NCBI GenBank assembly: GCA_044892525.1
Contig: CM097885.1
Location: 49,974,001 to 50,038,000 of the forward strand
DNA from: Schmidtea polychroa
Taxonomy: Eukaryota
Direction of reading: 5' to 3'
DNA: 64,000 bases
Made by a program: the position numbers and the translations under genes. The notes under the pieces were generated by a model. The model saw only the letters and a list, made by a program, of their open reading frames with translations. It was not told the DNA's origin and made no database searches. This document shows positions 27,543-42,016 of the stretch, in pieces. Positions within the stretch are counted from its first letter, which is position 1, and every line of letters begins with the position of its first letter.

Positions 27543-27693
27543 CAATAAAATGATAATTTAAGCCTTTTGCTGCAAATAATGTATTTAATGAAAAAATGTT
27601 CGACTATAAGATAGTTCTTGACAATCTTATAGTTGAAAATTTTTTCATTAAATACATTATTTGCAGCAAAAGGCTTAAATTATCATTTTATTG
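27543..27693. repeat. ~150-bp palindrome; shorter relative at ~31560-31640
   Basis: ATGATAATTTAAGCCTTTTGCTGCAAATAATG ... CATTATTTGCAGCAAAAGGCTTAAATTATCAT. Confidence 0.85.
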
Positions 27694-27730
27694 TTTTAAA
27701 TAATAAATTCTGCTACCAAGAAATCATCAC

Positions 27731-27827
<97 letters not shown>

Positions 27828-28504
27828 TAATTATTATTTATTTTTATTAACACTTTCGCTTCCATTCATCACAAGTGTGACAAATTTCATTTTAAGTCTC
27901 CTGACGTATATATCAACCATTATGATATATAAGAAAATTCTTGAAAAAGCTACTGCAAATAAACTTTCACGAGACCAACTAAATCAAGTAACGAGATGGA
28001 AGTATGATTGCGTTACCGAGTTGCTATTAATAATTATAATTTATGACCAGACAAAGACCATTTGAACATTATTCATAAAATCTAGATGATGCGTGAGGAA
28101 ATTAGGATTCATTGAACGAACTGTAATTTATAAAGTATCTTCAAATTTCTTAATATTGAAGCCATTTAAATGACTAGCACAGCGTAAAGTAGATTTTTTG
28201 AATATCCAGATATAAAGTAAAGCTACATTTATCTTATTAAATTAAATGATTCAAAGAAAACGAATATGTTACTACAGGGAAGAGTATAGAAATCGGACCA
28301 TTGGGTCGAATTAATATGACATTGCTCTGCCATATTTTGTTTGCCACATAATAAAAGGTACGCTTCGAAATGAATTTATTTAATTTATTTATTTAATTTA
28401 TTGTTTGCGCGTTTCGTATGGTCTAAAATTATTGATTATTTTTGTATAGAAAATGTTAACTTTCGAAACTGGGATCTAATTTCGTTTTGTTTAACCAGAA
28501 TACC

Positions 28505-29352
28505 TGTAATACTGCTCAAATTGTAGGGTAAATAGGATGAGTCACTTATATACTTATTTTATAGACACTAAACTTCACAGCTCACTAAAAGGGATGGAGT
28601 TAATAAAGATCTGTCGATGTCGAATGATGAAACGAGGATAACGCACAGTGTGGGGATATATATGTGAAATATGTGAGGTTGATAAGAAGGTGAGTTGAGT
28701 AGAGATGTGAATATACGTAAAGGTGCATCAAAAGAAAAATATATTTTAAATTCAGGACGAACCGAGATTGAGGCCAAGGCCGTAATGTCTGGGTCAATGT
28801 TGGTGATTGTGAGATCACCCGAATCAGAGAGTGGAATCAGGGATACAGGATGTCCTCAAGTCAACCAACTGGAGCAGCAGATACAAGTCAGCAGCCGGAA
28901 GATCGACCTCGATCTATGATCTTATTAAAACGGGAACCACTTCTCAACATGGTCCGGATGGCTCCAACCCAAGCAGTGCTCGAAGTCCAGAACTCAAACC
29001 GAGCACAGATAGAGAACTTCAATGGTTCGACAACGAGGATTAGACCGATGACATGTTTTGATATAGAGATCGAGAAGTGGAAGTAACAACTCTCGTTCCC
29101 TGGAATTACGGGGAGCCTCAGCGGAAGCGCAGGAGACCACGGGACTCGGGGAAGAATCAGGACCTCCCATAAGACTAAATATGGTGATCTCGCGACGTTA
29201 GGTTAATAAATTGTGTTATGGAATTCGTAGTATCTTAGATTTTTGTATGCGTAGGAATTAATAAAACTTTGTTTGTTTATTTTTGGTTTGGCGATTATAG
29301 ATTGACGTATAGGTTGTTGGAGTGATTGTAACGATAGGATAACGGTATAATA
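28505..29352 (+). mobile_element. Possible solo LTR
   Basis: GC-richer non-coding block starting TGTAATAC, with TATA-like and AATAAA signals; no clean TSD seen. Confidence 0.3.
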
Positions 29353-30615
29353 AAGTTATAGTGGAATTGGGAATAATGGGAAAAGAGCGGAAACAAAAAT
29401 GTTATCTTTAAATTTTTCAATTTTGATTCATTTAAACTTCGAAACGAGTGTAATTGGCCTTGTTTTCATATGGTCATGTATGTTCAGCGATATAATTGGT
29501 GTAAAAAATGAGACCGGACCATGAAACGGGTTGAAAAGATCAATGAGAGGACGCGTGAAATGGAATGCAAATTGCACCAACTAGAAGTTATGCAGAAGCT
29601 GATGAAGCAGATCAGCCTCGTGCAAAGACAAGCTGTGCTATCTTTGTCATTGAATTCTGATTGATATTATTTCCGTTCAACGAGTCGATGCTTGAATCAT
29701 CAAAAGAACCTTTCATATCACACTTCATCGATTTTATCTTCTCTGTATTCACTAAAGTTTCCACAACATGCATTGAAATTTATTTTTTTATACTTAATTG
29801 ATTAATTAGTTTGTATTCCTTATTTAATTTTGTATGGGGACCCTTAATCAGTTTTATATTGCTATATTCGTGTTAGTCTCATCATTCGACATCCGCTCAT
29901 ATTTATTTCCCCGAAAAATATTATTTTTTTAATTTTTCAATTTTTCAATTAATTTTCCCGCTTCAATTATTTTTGAATTATTTTACATTGAATTTTTTTA
30001 TTATTTTGCACAAAAATTGTTCATTTCTGTGAATTTAAATATTAATCTGGACCACCTAAATAATTCAATGTTCCACATTTATTTAATAGCTTTAATGAAC
30101 AATGACAAATATTATATTGCTAAAGTTAGAAATTTCAAATATTTATTCTAAAAAGACTGAATACTTAATATTTAAAGACGCTTTTTTATAAAAATAATCT
30201 TTTGTATATTTTATATAAAAAGCAAATTTAGAATCTTAACGAATTTAAAAATTTAATATGCTGATAATAATTTTTGATTTGAACTGATTAATTAATAATT
30301 TAACAATAATCAAATAATCTAAAACTTACATATGGCTATGGCTATGGCTATGGCTATGGCTATGACTATGATTATAAATACTGAAATCCCTACTAAAAAA
30401 ATAGTATAAAATTTAAGAATGAACAAAAAAATTAAAATATATTTAAAGTTCTTTTAAAATTTAGTTTATCTTTATTTCGACTATAATAAAGACTATTGAA
30501 AATTTGTATCAAATACTCTGATCAATAGTCAAAATGAGATAATGAAATTTTTTTAAAAAATACTGGAACCATTTAATTAGAAAAACTACGTTAATATTAT
30601 AAAAAAAAAAATATC

Positions 30616-30810
30616 TGAAAAATATCTAGGTCGACTCATAATTTTATCAGTGTCACGAAAATATATGGTCTTTATCAATGGTGGGATTCTAATAATTTTA
30701 CAACCGGTTCGCTGAAAAATATCTAGGTCGACTCATAATTTTATCAGTGTCAGGAAAATATATGGTCTTTATCAATGGTGGGATTCTAATAATTTTACAA
30801 CCGGTTCGCT
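30616..30810 (+). repeat. Tandem duplication of ~96 bp that includes a hAT-like MITE end
   Basis: CTGAAAAATATCTAGGTCGAC...CAATGGTGGGATTC...AACCGGTTCG present twice head to tail. Confidence 0.8.
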
Positions 30811-31659
30811 ACGAAAAAATGTGGTTGGGAGACTGTTATTAAAAATTTTAGTTGTTAAAGGGTTAAGGACTATATTTTAAAATTAAGTAAATTAGTATAA
30901 TATTTTAAAATTACGTAATAAATTTTCAATAACTGTTGTGCCTGCTGACACACTCCATTTTTTATATATTAAATTTAATATATTAGATTGTATAATAAAA
31001 TTTTCGAGTGTATTTTGTTTGAATAATATAAAAATATATAAAAAACCACGTTTTATAAACAAGCTCAAGTACAACATTTCTAACTCAAATATTTCGAATC
31101 CAAATATTTCCAATTCAAGTATTTCTAATCAACGTATTTCTATGTCGCTTATTTACAATCGAAAAATTAATGATTCAAAATATTCGAACATTTCAAATTC
31201 AAACACTTTCGATCCACTCAGGCCTTATGGAGCATTTGGTATCCTTCCTGAAGTCGAACAAATCCACAGAGTTTTGGAATTAACAAATTGTTATATTACG
31301 TTGCATTTAATAGTCATCTATTTTTCCGATTATTAGCTTTCTATGTATAATTTAAAATAAGTAAATTAAATTAATAAGTTAAAATTTACTAGATATTTCG
31401 AAAAACCATTGGTCTCTGAAAATTTTAAAAAAGCGAAGAAATGTTTTGAACTATTTTTCAAAGATAAATTTAAATACAAATTTTTATGAAGTAGTTTTAG
31501 CTTATAATAATAATAATAATATAAAGTGATGATTTCTTGGTAGCAGCATTTATTATTAAAAACAATAAAGTGATAATATAAGCCTTTTGCTGCGAATAAT
31601 TTATTCAATGAAAAAGGCTTATATTATCACTTTATTGTTTTTAATAATAATAATAATAA

Positions 31660-32880
31660 TAATTCAATAAACAGACACCAATTACTTACAACAAGATACC
31701 AAGTATTTACAATCAACTAACAACACATCAAAATAAAAATAACAATTAAAGACAAAGTAAAGACACAAAGTTTATTCAACATCACTATTTGCCTATAATA
31801 AGCTCTTAGTAATTCGCCAAGTAGAATGCGTACTATTTCTTTCTTATATTCATGACAACATATACATCTAAAAGGACAAGTTAACTTTACAGAAATTATT
31901 ATTATTGTTATTGTTGGGTTGGTGATAATAGTTGTAAAGTTAAAATTCTTACTGTGACTCCAAGCATGTGTCTTTGACTGACCCACAAATAACACTTGAC
32001 AACAGAAATCTTTATTGATAATCACAAATAATTTTCACTGTACACTGACAATCAATTCAATACTCTGCTAGGTGACTATACAATGCTTATTGCAACCTTC
32101 AGTGAGGAATAGCACTCGTGTACAACACCGGGTTGAAAGATCACTAACTACTGATTGGTTTATCGACTGGGACTTTGAGTTAGTTGTTTTCTTTGACCTT
32201 CTTCGACAACTTTCTTCAAATATTCAAATAACTTCTTTTCGGTTTTTCTCAGCTAATTCTTTTCTGATTTCTACAACAATTATTTATTCACAATTATTCG
32301 TCAACACTTATTCTCCAACAAATCGTTTTCCAATAAATAATCGTCTCAATATCTTCAATAAAATTTCTCCCACAATTTCACCGTTCATTTTCTCGTTACT
32401 TTTGCCTCATTTTCTGTAGATTCTTGCCTCGTTTTCCGTTCGTTTTCGTCTAAATTTTGTCTAAAATTTCATCTGATTTTTTTGTTTCTTCTCGACCAGC
32501 AGTTCCTCTTTATATAGCTTTTTCATTTTTGGCACTAGAAATAAACTAATATTTCCCACTTCTCTTTCTCCCACATTGTCCGACTGTTCCCATTTTATCT
32601 CTGACAGATGGCGAGATATGTTTTGCTTTTTCCTTATTTTGTTAGGCCGACTTCCCCCGGCAATTCCGATATCTCTGACAAGCTGTCAAGATGTTCCTTT
32701 TTCCTCTTGTTCTGTTTTTGGAATTTGAAATTCCTTTTCCCTTTGTACTAATTAATTAGTAATGACCTTTGTTTTGCTTTCTTGTTTTTTTCTTTTGTTT
32801 GTTTTCTTTTTATCATTTTGCATTTCTTTTTACTTTCGTTTCCTTCTCCGAGTTCCCCTAAGTCGTCCCGTTTATCATGA
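31660..32880 (-). mobile_element. Possible LTR-derived block
   Basis: Strongly strand-skewed non-coding segment with TATA and AATAAA on the minus strand; boundaries uncertain. Confidence 0.25.
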
Positions 32881-33278
32881 CGATTTTCTCCAAAAGTGAT
32901 TATATTTATTTATTCATAAATTTGTCATTTAGGTATTTTTAGGTATCTTTATTATTATGGTTATTCAGTCGAAATATTTTCACAAAAATTTGCATTAAAA
33001 ATTAAGTTAGAAAATTATTTCATAATAATTTATATTAAAAATTATCCTTGTAAATTTGCATTAAAAACTATTTCAAAAAGTTTGAATTAAAAATTTTATT
33101 ATATTACATTATTTTTCAAATGTTAGTGTTTTTTGAAAATATACTATTAAATACATTCATTTTTAAAATTATTACTTAAATTTAATCTAATTTCTCATAT
33201 CGATTCTTCAAAATATCTTACTACAAATTTGAAAGTTTTTTCAAATTTCAACACTGATTTGTTTTCAATTGACTTATT

Positions 33279-33363
33279 TATTAAAAAGCTTGACTATGAA
33301 TCAGTAAATATATCGATGTTTTTGGGATATATTTACTGATTCATAGTCAAGCTTTTTAATAAA
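33279..33363. repeat. Palindrome of a dispersed family (also 37813-37891 and 48947-49099)
   Basis: TTTATTAAAAAGCTTGACTATGAATCAGTAAATATATC and its reverse complement. Confidence 0.85.
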
Positions 33364-34337
33364 TACAATAAATTAAAAAGTATTACTTATTTAAAATTAT
33401 TACATAAATTTACTTTTATTTATTTAATTAACTTAATTTTAAATTATTGTTTATTTCAAAATTAATACTTATTTACTTTAATTTCCCAGACGACATTTTT
33501 TCTTCAAAATATGTTACATTAATTTACTTTTTAAAATTACATTACCTTAATTATTACCCTATCTTAAAATATATTACCTTAATTTACATTTTTAATTATA
33601 TAAACTAAACTTCTCAGTCGACAGCACTTCTTAAAAATCTACTACTTATTTTAAATTATTACTCTAATTTTAAATATTTTATTTAATTAAATTTAAAATT
33701 AGTACTTTAATTTAAATATAATACCATAATTCCTCAGAAGTAGTCGTTTCTTAAAAATAGCTTACTATAAATTACTTTACAAAATACCCTTTCACTATAG
33801 TATTTCACGTTGACATAAAAAACATGTCGAACACTGCAACAAAGATTTTTGTATCTGTATTTTATAAATTTATTTTTATTGTAAAAAATTAGCTAGTGTT
33901 TTCATTATATAAAAAAATTTTCATCGAGAAATTAGGTTTATTGTTTAAGAAAAATTACTTAGATTTTTTATCATGAAAAATATTTAAAAATATTTAAGGT
34001 AATTTTTGATTGAAAATTTTTAGTTTTTATAAAATTACATGAACTTTTTCATTTAAAATTAAATTTTAATGTTTTTGATCGAGAAAAATATTTAGTTTTT
34101 GCATTGAAAATTTATTTTTATGCATTTTTAGTGAGAAGAAATACTGAGGCATTTTAAACGACAAAAAATATTTAATAAATAAAATGAAAATACTGTACAA
34201 ATACTCTATTAATAAAACAAAATAATAAAAACAAGTACCCAGTTTCACTTATGGATGTTTTTATTTGCAAGATGTGCATCATTCCTGTCTCAAAAAATAA
34301 ACACTGAAAGAAGTTAACCTATTTATTTGAACTTTAT

Positions 34338-34549
<212 letters not shown>

Positions 34550-35769
34550 TCAAAAAAATTGCAAATCTTTTAACGGAAAACAAAATAATTGTTTACAAAA
34601 ATTTAGAAAGATTTATATAGAAATAGCTTTGAAAGATGTTATTGAAAAACTCGTTTAACAATTTACATAGCAATCATTCAAATTTATTACCTGTAACCCA
34701 ATAACTTTTAGCTGAGGGTGATCTTGTGGATGACATGATATCTAATAGATACTTCAATTAAAAACAAATAAATTCAAAATAAAATATTTATTTATAATCA
34801 ATATTATAATATGAATTGATTAATTATTTAAAATATCGACGAACTCTTTCTTCAAAGACAAGAATGATAATCAGTATAATAAATGATAAATGTAAAATCT
34901 ATAATAATTTTGCTCAACATTTAATATTTAACCTATTCAATTTAATAGATGTTCTAAATATCCCAAGCTTGGTAACTAATATGTTGACAACAATGGTTAA
35001 TTGTATCAAAGCATCAGAAGCTTATAAAATTCAATCAGATATTGAAGATTTCATTGAGGATGAAAGATTTTTTTATCTTAAAATTTATTACAGAAGAATT
35101 CAAAAGAAACTTTCTAATAGATGCTAAAGTTCGTATTGTTAAAGATTTTTCAATTAATAAACACTGAGATATTTTAATTGTGATATTCTAACATCGGTCT
35201 AAGAGCAAATAGGCGATCGATTCTAGTACTCTAACTAATTAAATTAAATTATTTTCATTATTATTACTATCATTTACAAAAAATTTCACGTAACTTTTAG
35301 CCTAAAATAAAATATTTATATTGATAAAATTAGGAAAACCCTGATAAAAAACATTTAACAATTTACATAGAAATCATTCAAATTTATTACCTCGACCCGA
35401 CGAATTGTTACCGGAGAATGATTTTGTAGATGAAAAGAAATCTAATAAACATTTCAATTAAAAACCAATAAATTAAAAATAAAATATTTATTTATTATCA
35501 ATATTTAAATATGAATTCAATAATTATTTACAATATCGACTAAATCCTTTACATAATTTACTTAACACGTTGACTGCCGCGTCATAGACAATCTATCATG
35601 ATTGTGATGGACGTGACATTTTGTTGCAATTGATGCAATAAGAAAGCGTTTCTTCTCAGTTTTGATCATATATTAGAAGATATGTCAGCAAATTCAGTGA
35701 TTATTTAATAAAACCTCAATTTTGGCAGAATCATTTCAGAATGAATAGATTTAAATGGTTAATCCATGA

Positions 35770-35870
35770 GGATTATGCATGAGGCAAAAAGTATGTCATC
35801 AACGTATGCAACCGAATGTTGTAGGCCTTCTAAAACAATGTCCATATGTCGTTGCTCTGTGAAGCATTTA
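35770..35870 (-). pseudogene. Ty3/Gypsy reverse-transcriptase fragment
   Basis: QRHMDIVLEGLQHSVAYVDDIL contains the YxDD motif in Gypsy-like context. Confidence 0.6.
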
Positions 35871-37110
35871 GTAGTCCGAAAGACATGTATAAGTATAGAA
35901 ACAGGCCAAAAGGTTTTGTCACGGCTGTTTTCGAATGGATTTTGGTGCCCACAATCACAAATCACAATTTTGATGTTAATAGTTATTCCTACCGACTACG
36001 CTTGGTGCTTCGTGTAAAAATTGCTGAACCCAATTACACCTTCTGCTTATTTGTCAGTTGACCAGGTTGACCTGGTCACGCCACAGGTGTAAATTTCTCA
36101 AATACTCTTAACACAATATTTAAATATACCATAAATACTGTAAAACAAAGAACGAATAGTTAAAATGGTTAATAAGGTATAGAAAATATTTTAATAAACC
36201 TGAAAAAATTGGAAACAAACCAATTACAAAAGCCAGATCAGAAATCAAGTAGTAAGATTACAGGAAGTAATTTTAAATCAAATTACATGATAATAGGTAT
36301 TTAAAAATGAATTAACATCGCCTTATTATTCGCAAAATAGTGGAATTACAGAACGATTATTTAATACCTTAAAATGTATGATCGAATTAGTCGTGTAAGA
36401 AAAGAGAACAAAGGTACTGTCAATAACAGAAATCTACAGAATTCTCATCATCTAAATGTATATTTGCCATTATCGCTTATATAGCCATAGTTATACTGCC
36501 ATTATCGGATATAGAATGAAATAGATTGAGCACAACTGCAAGAAAATTTAGCCATGATTAAAAATAAATATAGAAATAGGCAAAGTGATTCAAAGAAATT
36601 TCAATCAAATTAAGCTCTTCGACATCTGAGAATTATACAAAAGCCATGAGAGAGAAGCATCAAGCATTAATACTCAGTCGAGAAATATAAACGAAAAAGC
36701 GACATCAAAAGGATGATACCCAAATAAAACGACCAGGAAACTCAATCCAAAACACACGTTCGATTGAATGAGTGGTAGAATGTAAGATTTATAATTAATT
36801 AATTTTATTATTTCAATACTTAAATAGTTTCAATTTATTATTTCAATTACAGGTGACCCTCCTATAACAAGGTTTCCGACAACACGGTTTCGCTCTTACA
36901 CGTTCAGATTTTTTATAATTTAAAATTTAACCAATTCTGTATATATTTCAAAGAAAAAATATAATTAAACAAAAAAATCGAATCGACACAGTCATTTGTT
37001 TTATTTTTTTTGTGCGAAATTACGACTTTCTATCTAGCCACATTGTATTAATGGCTAGAAAGTTCGCCGTTATTGTTTAAAATTACTATTTTTTTAGATT
37101 TAATTCTAAT

Positions 37111-37782
37111 ATGTCCGGTAAAAATACAAAACCAACGTTGAAGAGAAAATTCATTTCTCTAGATGATAAGATACAAATTTTTGAGTCGTATTATGAAAGG
37201 GGAGAAACCAGCACATATCGAAAAACATTAAATTTAAATGAAGCAACAATCCGAAACATTAAAAGCAATGAGAACAAAATTAGGAGTGCTGTGACTGCAG
37301 GATCTTCTATATCTACAAAATATGCATCTTATCCACGTCTACCGATAATGGAAAAAATGGAAATGGCTCTCAGCATTTGGATTGACGATTGTTACCAAAA
37401 AAGGATTCCATTGAATGGGAACATTATAAGACAAAAATCTCTTAAGATTTATAACCACCTTAAGGAAGATGGTCCATCAGTTCGGACTTTATTGCGAGCA
37501 AAAGATTTTCGATTTTCGATTCACAGCATTAAAATACAAGGTGAATCCGCATCAGCTGACCACGAAGCAGCAAGGACGTATTCAGAAAAAAATTTAAAAA
37601 TTATAGAAGAGAAGATTAACGAGCTATTGAGAAATAGCAAACAATCCAAAATTACAGAATTTTTAAAGAGGACAGGATTCGAAACGAATGAAAAGGATTC
37701 AGATAGTGGAGATAGTGACATCATTCAACCGAAAAAGCGTACACATGTGCTTGCATCGATCAGTGATGAGGAAGAAATATAA
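37111..37782 (+). CDS. Truncated Tigger transposase: psq and CENP-B HTH domains fused to the C-terminal tail, no DDE domain
   Basis: KRKFISLDDKIQI, LNEATIRNI, MEMALSIWIDD..IPLNGNIIRQKS, GESASAD, then a jump to KQSKITEF. Confidence 0.8.
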   Translation: MSGKNTKPTLKRKFISLDDKIQIFESYYERGETSTYRKTLNLNEATIRNIKSNENKIRSAVTAGSSISTKYASYPRLPIMEKMEMALSIWIDDCYQKRIPLNGNIIRQKSLKIYNHLKEDGPSVRTLLRAKDFRFSIHSIKIQGESASADHEAARTYSEKNLKIIEEKINELLRNSKQSKITEFLKRTGFETNEKDSDSGDSDIIQPKKRTHVLASISDEEEI

Positions 37783-37973
37783 TTAAATAAAAATTAAATA
37801 CTTTGTTTGTTTTTATTAAAGAGAGTTTGAAGACTATAAATCAACAAACATAGATATATTACTGATTTATAGTCTTCAAACTCTCTAATAAATTCAATGG
37901 AAAAAATAATCAGTGGTGAAATAGGAAGTAATAAAAGTTCTTATAATAATTTGTTTGTTTTGCTTTTAAATCT

Positions 37974-38037
37974 TACATTTCCTGATGATGATAGTAAAAC
38001 TGTCGAAATATATCGTGAAAGGAATGTTTGATTGGCG
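37974..38037 (+). ncRNA. Minimal type I hammerhead ribozyme of the Penelope-like kind
   Basis: ACATTTC-CTGATGA-T-GATAG-TAAAA-CTGTC-GAAA-TATA-TC...GGAATGT: both core boxes, stem II, palindromic stem III and an NUH site. Confidence 0.6.
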
Positions 38038-39681
38038 ATCTTATAATTAAATCATTGAAATGTATGTTTAATTATTTTTAATAAAATTGAAATTATTTCT
38101 ATGTACCTTAAAAAATATTTGTATCACATTTTAATTTTTGGAACCTAACTCACTTTTTTATATTGGCCCTGGGTCCCATATAACACGGTTTCACACAACA
38201 CGCCGTTGTCTTGGAACCTATCTATCGTGTTATAGGAGGATCACCTGTATTTATAAATTAATTTGATAAATATTGAAATAAGTTTATTTAAATAGTGTTA
38301 CAAAATATTTAGAATATAACATTTTGGCACAAGTTTCTTGAAAAAGTATGAATCATCACCCGGAGCCCTGGTTTGAATAACACAAAGGTAGTGAATGTAT
38401 TTTTCTTCTTTGAAAAAGGTATAATTCATTAATGAGTCATTCTTTTAATGACTGGTGGTGTATCATTTTCTTCACGTGTTTATGTCTACCCACTCGAATT
38501 CGACACAATAAATTTGGTATTATGGACAATATAATAGAGCGGGTAACCAAATTCGGCATATAATTCTACCCCTTCCACGCACCCCTGTAACTTCAGGACA
38601 CATGATAGCAAAGCACATGCCAACTACAAGATTAGAGAATCAACTATTCAGAATAGGTCTCCACAACTTAAGAAATCAAAAATGTCAATAAAATAGTTGA
38701 GAAAAACCAAATTTATTGAATATGTGATAATCCTATAACACATTGGTATCATATGCAATATAGATTAGATTTATTTTTTAAATATATAAATTTCTTCTGA
38801 CTATTTTTAAGAGCTTTCTAGTAAGTGTTCACAGACCGTATGTTGTGCAGGTCTGATTTAGAATGTTTATTATTGCAGTGTTCCCTCTTGAGATTGTTCT
38901 AGCTAAATATACATCCACTAATGATCAAGACTAGTTGGATTTCATGAAGATGTATTAAATGCATTTTATTTACGAAAGCTTATTCGTCAACTTCATAAAG
39001 GACCACGCAAATAATGGTAAGCAAATCCATTTCGATTCCAACGATCTAGGATATCGAAATGACAAAGTAAAAAAGCAGTAACAAAAAATATAAATAAAAT
39101 TTGAATTTAATTTATATTTCTAACAATCCTGGTTAAAATATATTGTAAAAATAATTAAAGATTTAAGTATTTTTTTAAAACATTTTCTAAAATGAAAATT
39201 CTTATACTGGAAAAATATCTTACAAACATGATTTTTGCACAAAAAAAGTCGTTGAGAAAATTAATGAAATTGATAAATTATATTTGATTGACTATGTGAC
39301 TCATTTGTTTATTACATAAATATATTTCAGATAAATATTTCAAAAAACACTTCAATAAGTTTACAATAAAATAACTCAATAATATATTTGTAACCTTTAA
39401 TATAAATTAAATTAATAATCTGATTAAAATCCAATTCCAAATATTGCCGACAGTGTAATGATTAATAATGATTAATAATGATTAATAATGATTAATAGTG
39501 ATTAAATGAAAAATCCTTTATAATGCAAAGCAAAAATATGGAATTGAAATTAATTTGTTGATTAACGGATTATTTTCATTTATCCATATTTCACTTTTTC
39601 CAAAAGGGTGGGGGCAACATATTACCTCGGATAATGGAGATTGAAAAATTGAAAACGTAAAAAATCAATTCAATAAAATTA

Positions 39682-39916
39682 CTTTCACACAATTTTCCAC
39701 AATTTTCTTTAACTGATTTTTCTGAAGAGTTGAAATTAGTTTCATTCCTTATTTTTAAATTTATAAATATTATTAACTTGTATTAATATCCTTGCAAAAA
39801 TCGGTGCATTTCTTACAATTTGAGTCATCATCCCTAAAATATGAAGGGGGACAATCCTTCAATTCCTCTTCTGATTTAACATAATTTAGAAGTAATAATA
39901 ACAGTTCAAATAACAT
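39682..39916 (-). pseudogene. Signal peptide plus BCMA/TACI/Grindelwald-like cysteine-rich segment, probably disrupted
   Basis: MLFELLLLLLNYVKS..CPPSYFRDDDSNCKKCTDFC, and a downstream segment ..ENCGKLCE ending at a GT donor; splice phase between the two pieces does not match. Confidence 0.35.
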
Positions 39917-41789
39917 TTGTTTAAGGTCACTCAATTTATATGATAAAAGTTCCAAATTTAAATTAACTTTATTTTTATAATTTTATTTAAATAAATATTT
40001 GTTTATTATAATTAATATTTATTTAAATAAAATTTTTAAAATAAAGCTTGCTAAAAATTGTAAATTTTATCATATAATAGGTAATTTATAGCGAATTTGT
40101 ATCTTTCTAATGATTTAAGATTTTTTCATTCTATATTAATGTAAAGATTTTTAGTAAAATTACAATTAAAGTTATTAAGTATCTGATTTAATATACAAGT
40201 AAACTGAAATTAAGAATAATAGAAACGGTGTTCCTGTCTAAGATGACCACGTTTGGTAAATTGTTGGATTTAATTTGTGTTATTTGGATAGCGCATATAA
40301 AGTTTAATCGTTTCTCCTAACCAAAAACTTCACGAAAATCTGCTTTCTGGGTAAAATGTATCTCGAAACATTTGATGAACGTTTTGTTGTACATTACCTT
40401 TGAGGTGACTCTTTGTGAATTATGCTGTTATTTTCCCAAGTTTGGTTTCTCCAATTCGAAACGTTTCTGTTGAGGTCTCACTATTTGAGATTCCCAACGT
40501 TGCACTGCTGACTATATAGGTCTATCTAATATGAAAGCAAAGTCGGGTTAGTAAAATATTTATTTCAAAACCCAAAATATTTACCAATACAAATTCCTTT
40601 TAAAAAAATCTCACTGAAAAGAATGATGCGTGCTATATACGTGTTATATGTTATATATGCGTGTTGTGTTTCATGCTATTTTTTGATCGTTTCTGTTGTG
40701 TCGTGTTCTATTTTAAAAATTAATAAGGATTCTTCCTTTTTAGTTTACTGTAGAAGTGGTAAAATATTTTGGGAGACCACTATTGTATTCGGGTCGCTAT
40801 TTATACTACTTTCATGCGCGTTAACATATGGAAATTTTATTTATTTATTTAAAGCATTAACATATGTCGTTGTATTTATTTGCTGTCTCATATTATTATT
40901 CAATTGATTTATTATTATGTTGTTAAAATTTTAATCATTTTGTTGGTATTATCATTGCCATGTTTTTTCAACTATTTATTGGGCTGGATTGGGTGTATGA
41001 GAAGCCACGAAATAAAAATTAATAAGCGAAAATTCATTATTAAATAGACTAAGTAGAAAATAAACCCTACAGTAAGGAGAGTTGAAGGAATCACCAAGGA
41101 AAATTTAAACAAATAATAGAATAAAGACAAAACAATTAAAAAATAGAAATCACGAGAAAAAGGAACAAAATACCAACCATAGCCAACAGACAAAAAGAAA
41201 AATAATTAAATAAAAATAGTAATTAGGAGAATAAAATCTAAATACGAAAACATAAGTAATTGCATAAAAATATTAAATAAAAGCGAAAAGAAAATTAAAA
41301 TAAAAACAGCCAATTACACATAGAATCACTAACGAAAATCCACAAAAAATATAAAGAAATATAAGAATTAAATAAATAAATAAATTAACAAAATAAAATA
41401 AATAAATAACCCAAGAAAAACATTTAAAACGTAAAAAATAAGAAAAACAACAAAAATACAACCTAACTCAGTCCTGATTGGACAAAATATTCTATACAAG
41501 GCAGACCACTTGGTCATTCCCTCAACTCTATAAAACTTGTTACAGGTAAAATTTAATTTTAATAGATAGATAAAATCTATAAAACTTGTTACAGATCAAC
41601 TCTACAAAGCTTATTACAAGACAAACCCATTGAACTATTTACAAACTCTATCAAATCTTTACAAGATAATCAAACTTATTACATGATTAAGAATCATTTG
41701 GAGACTAACAATTTGAAGATGACCAACAGATTTCACATAAATAATTACCATAAAAGTTCATACACCGAATCTAGCTTAACCGTTTAAAC

Positions 41790-42016
41790 CAGTGGTGGCC
41801 AACCCAAATCAATCGAAGGGCCAAATTTTCGGGAAAATACTATCACGGGCCACAATAAATTCATTTAAATAAATATAACTCGTTTTTACGATTCAAGTAA
41901 ACTTGGAATCAATTTTTTAAATTAAAAACATGCTTAATTCGAATATGAATTCTAAAAAAGACAATTATTGATTTGATGTTTAAAATTGTGTCCGGGCCAC
42001 CGGTTGGCCATGGCTG
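41790..42016. mobile_element. hAT MITE
   Basis: Ends CAGTGGTGGCCAACC / GGTTGGCCATGGCTG; perfect 8-bp TSD GTTTAAAC. Confidence 0.88.

Larger units (their letters stand above)
36850..38247 (+). mobile_element. pogo/Tigger DNA transposon, internally deleted
   Basis: TIRs CAGGTGACCCTCCTATAACA / TGTTATAGGAGGATCACCTG with TA on both sides. Confidence 0.92.

Noticed and set aside
28568..29086. Cluster of short overlapping ORFs
   Set aside because: Expected by chance in a GC-richer, LTR-like block; no motifs.
35562..35600. piggyBac-like end TTAA-CACGTTGACTGCC
   Set aside because: No partner TIR found in the window, so no element could be delimited.
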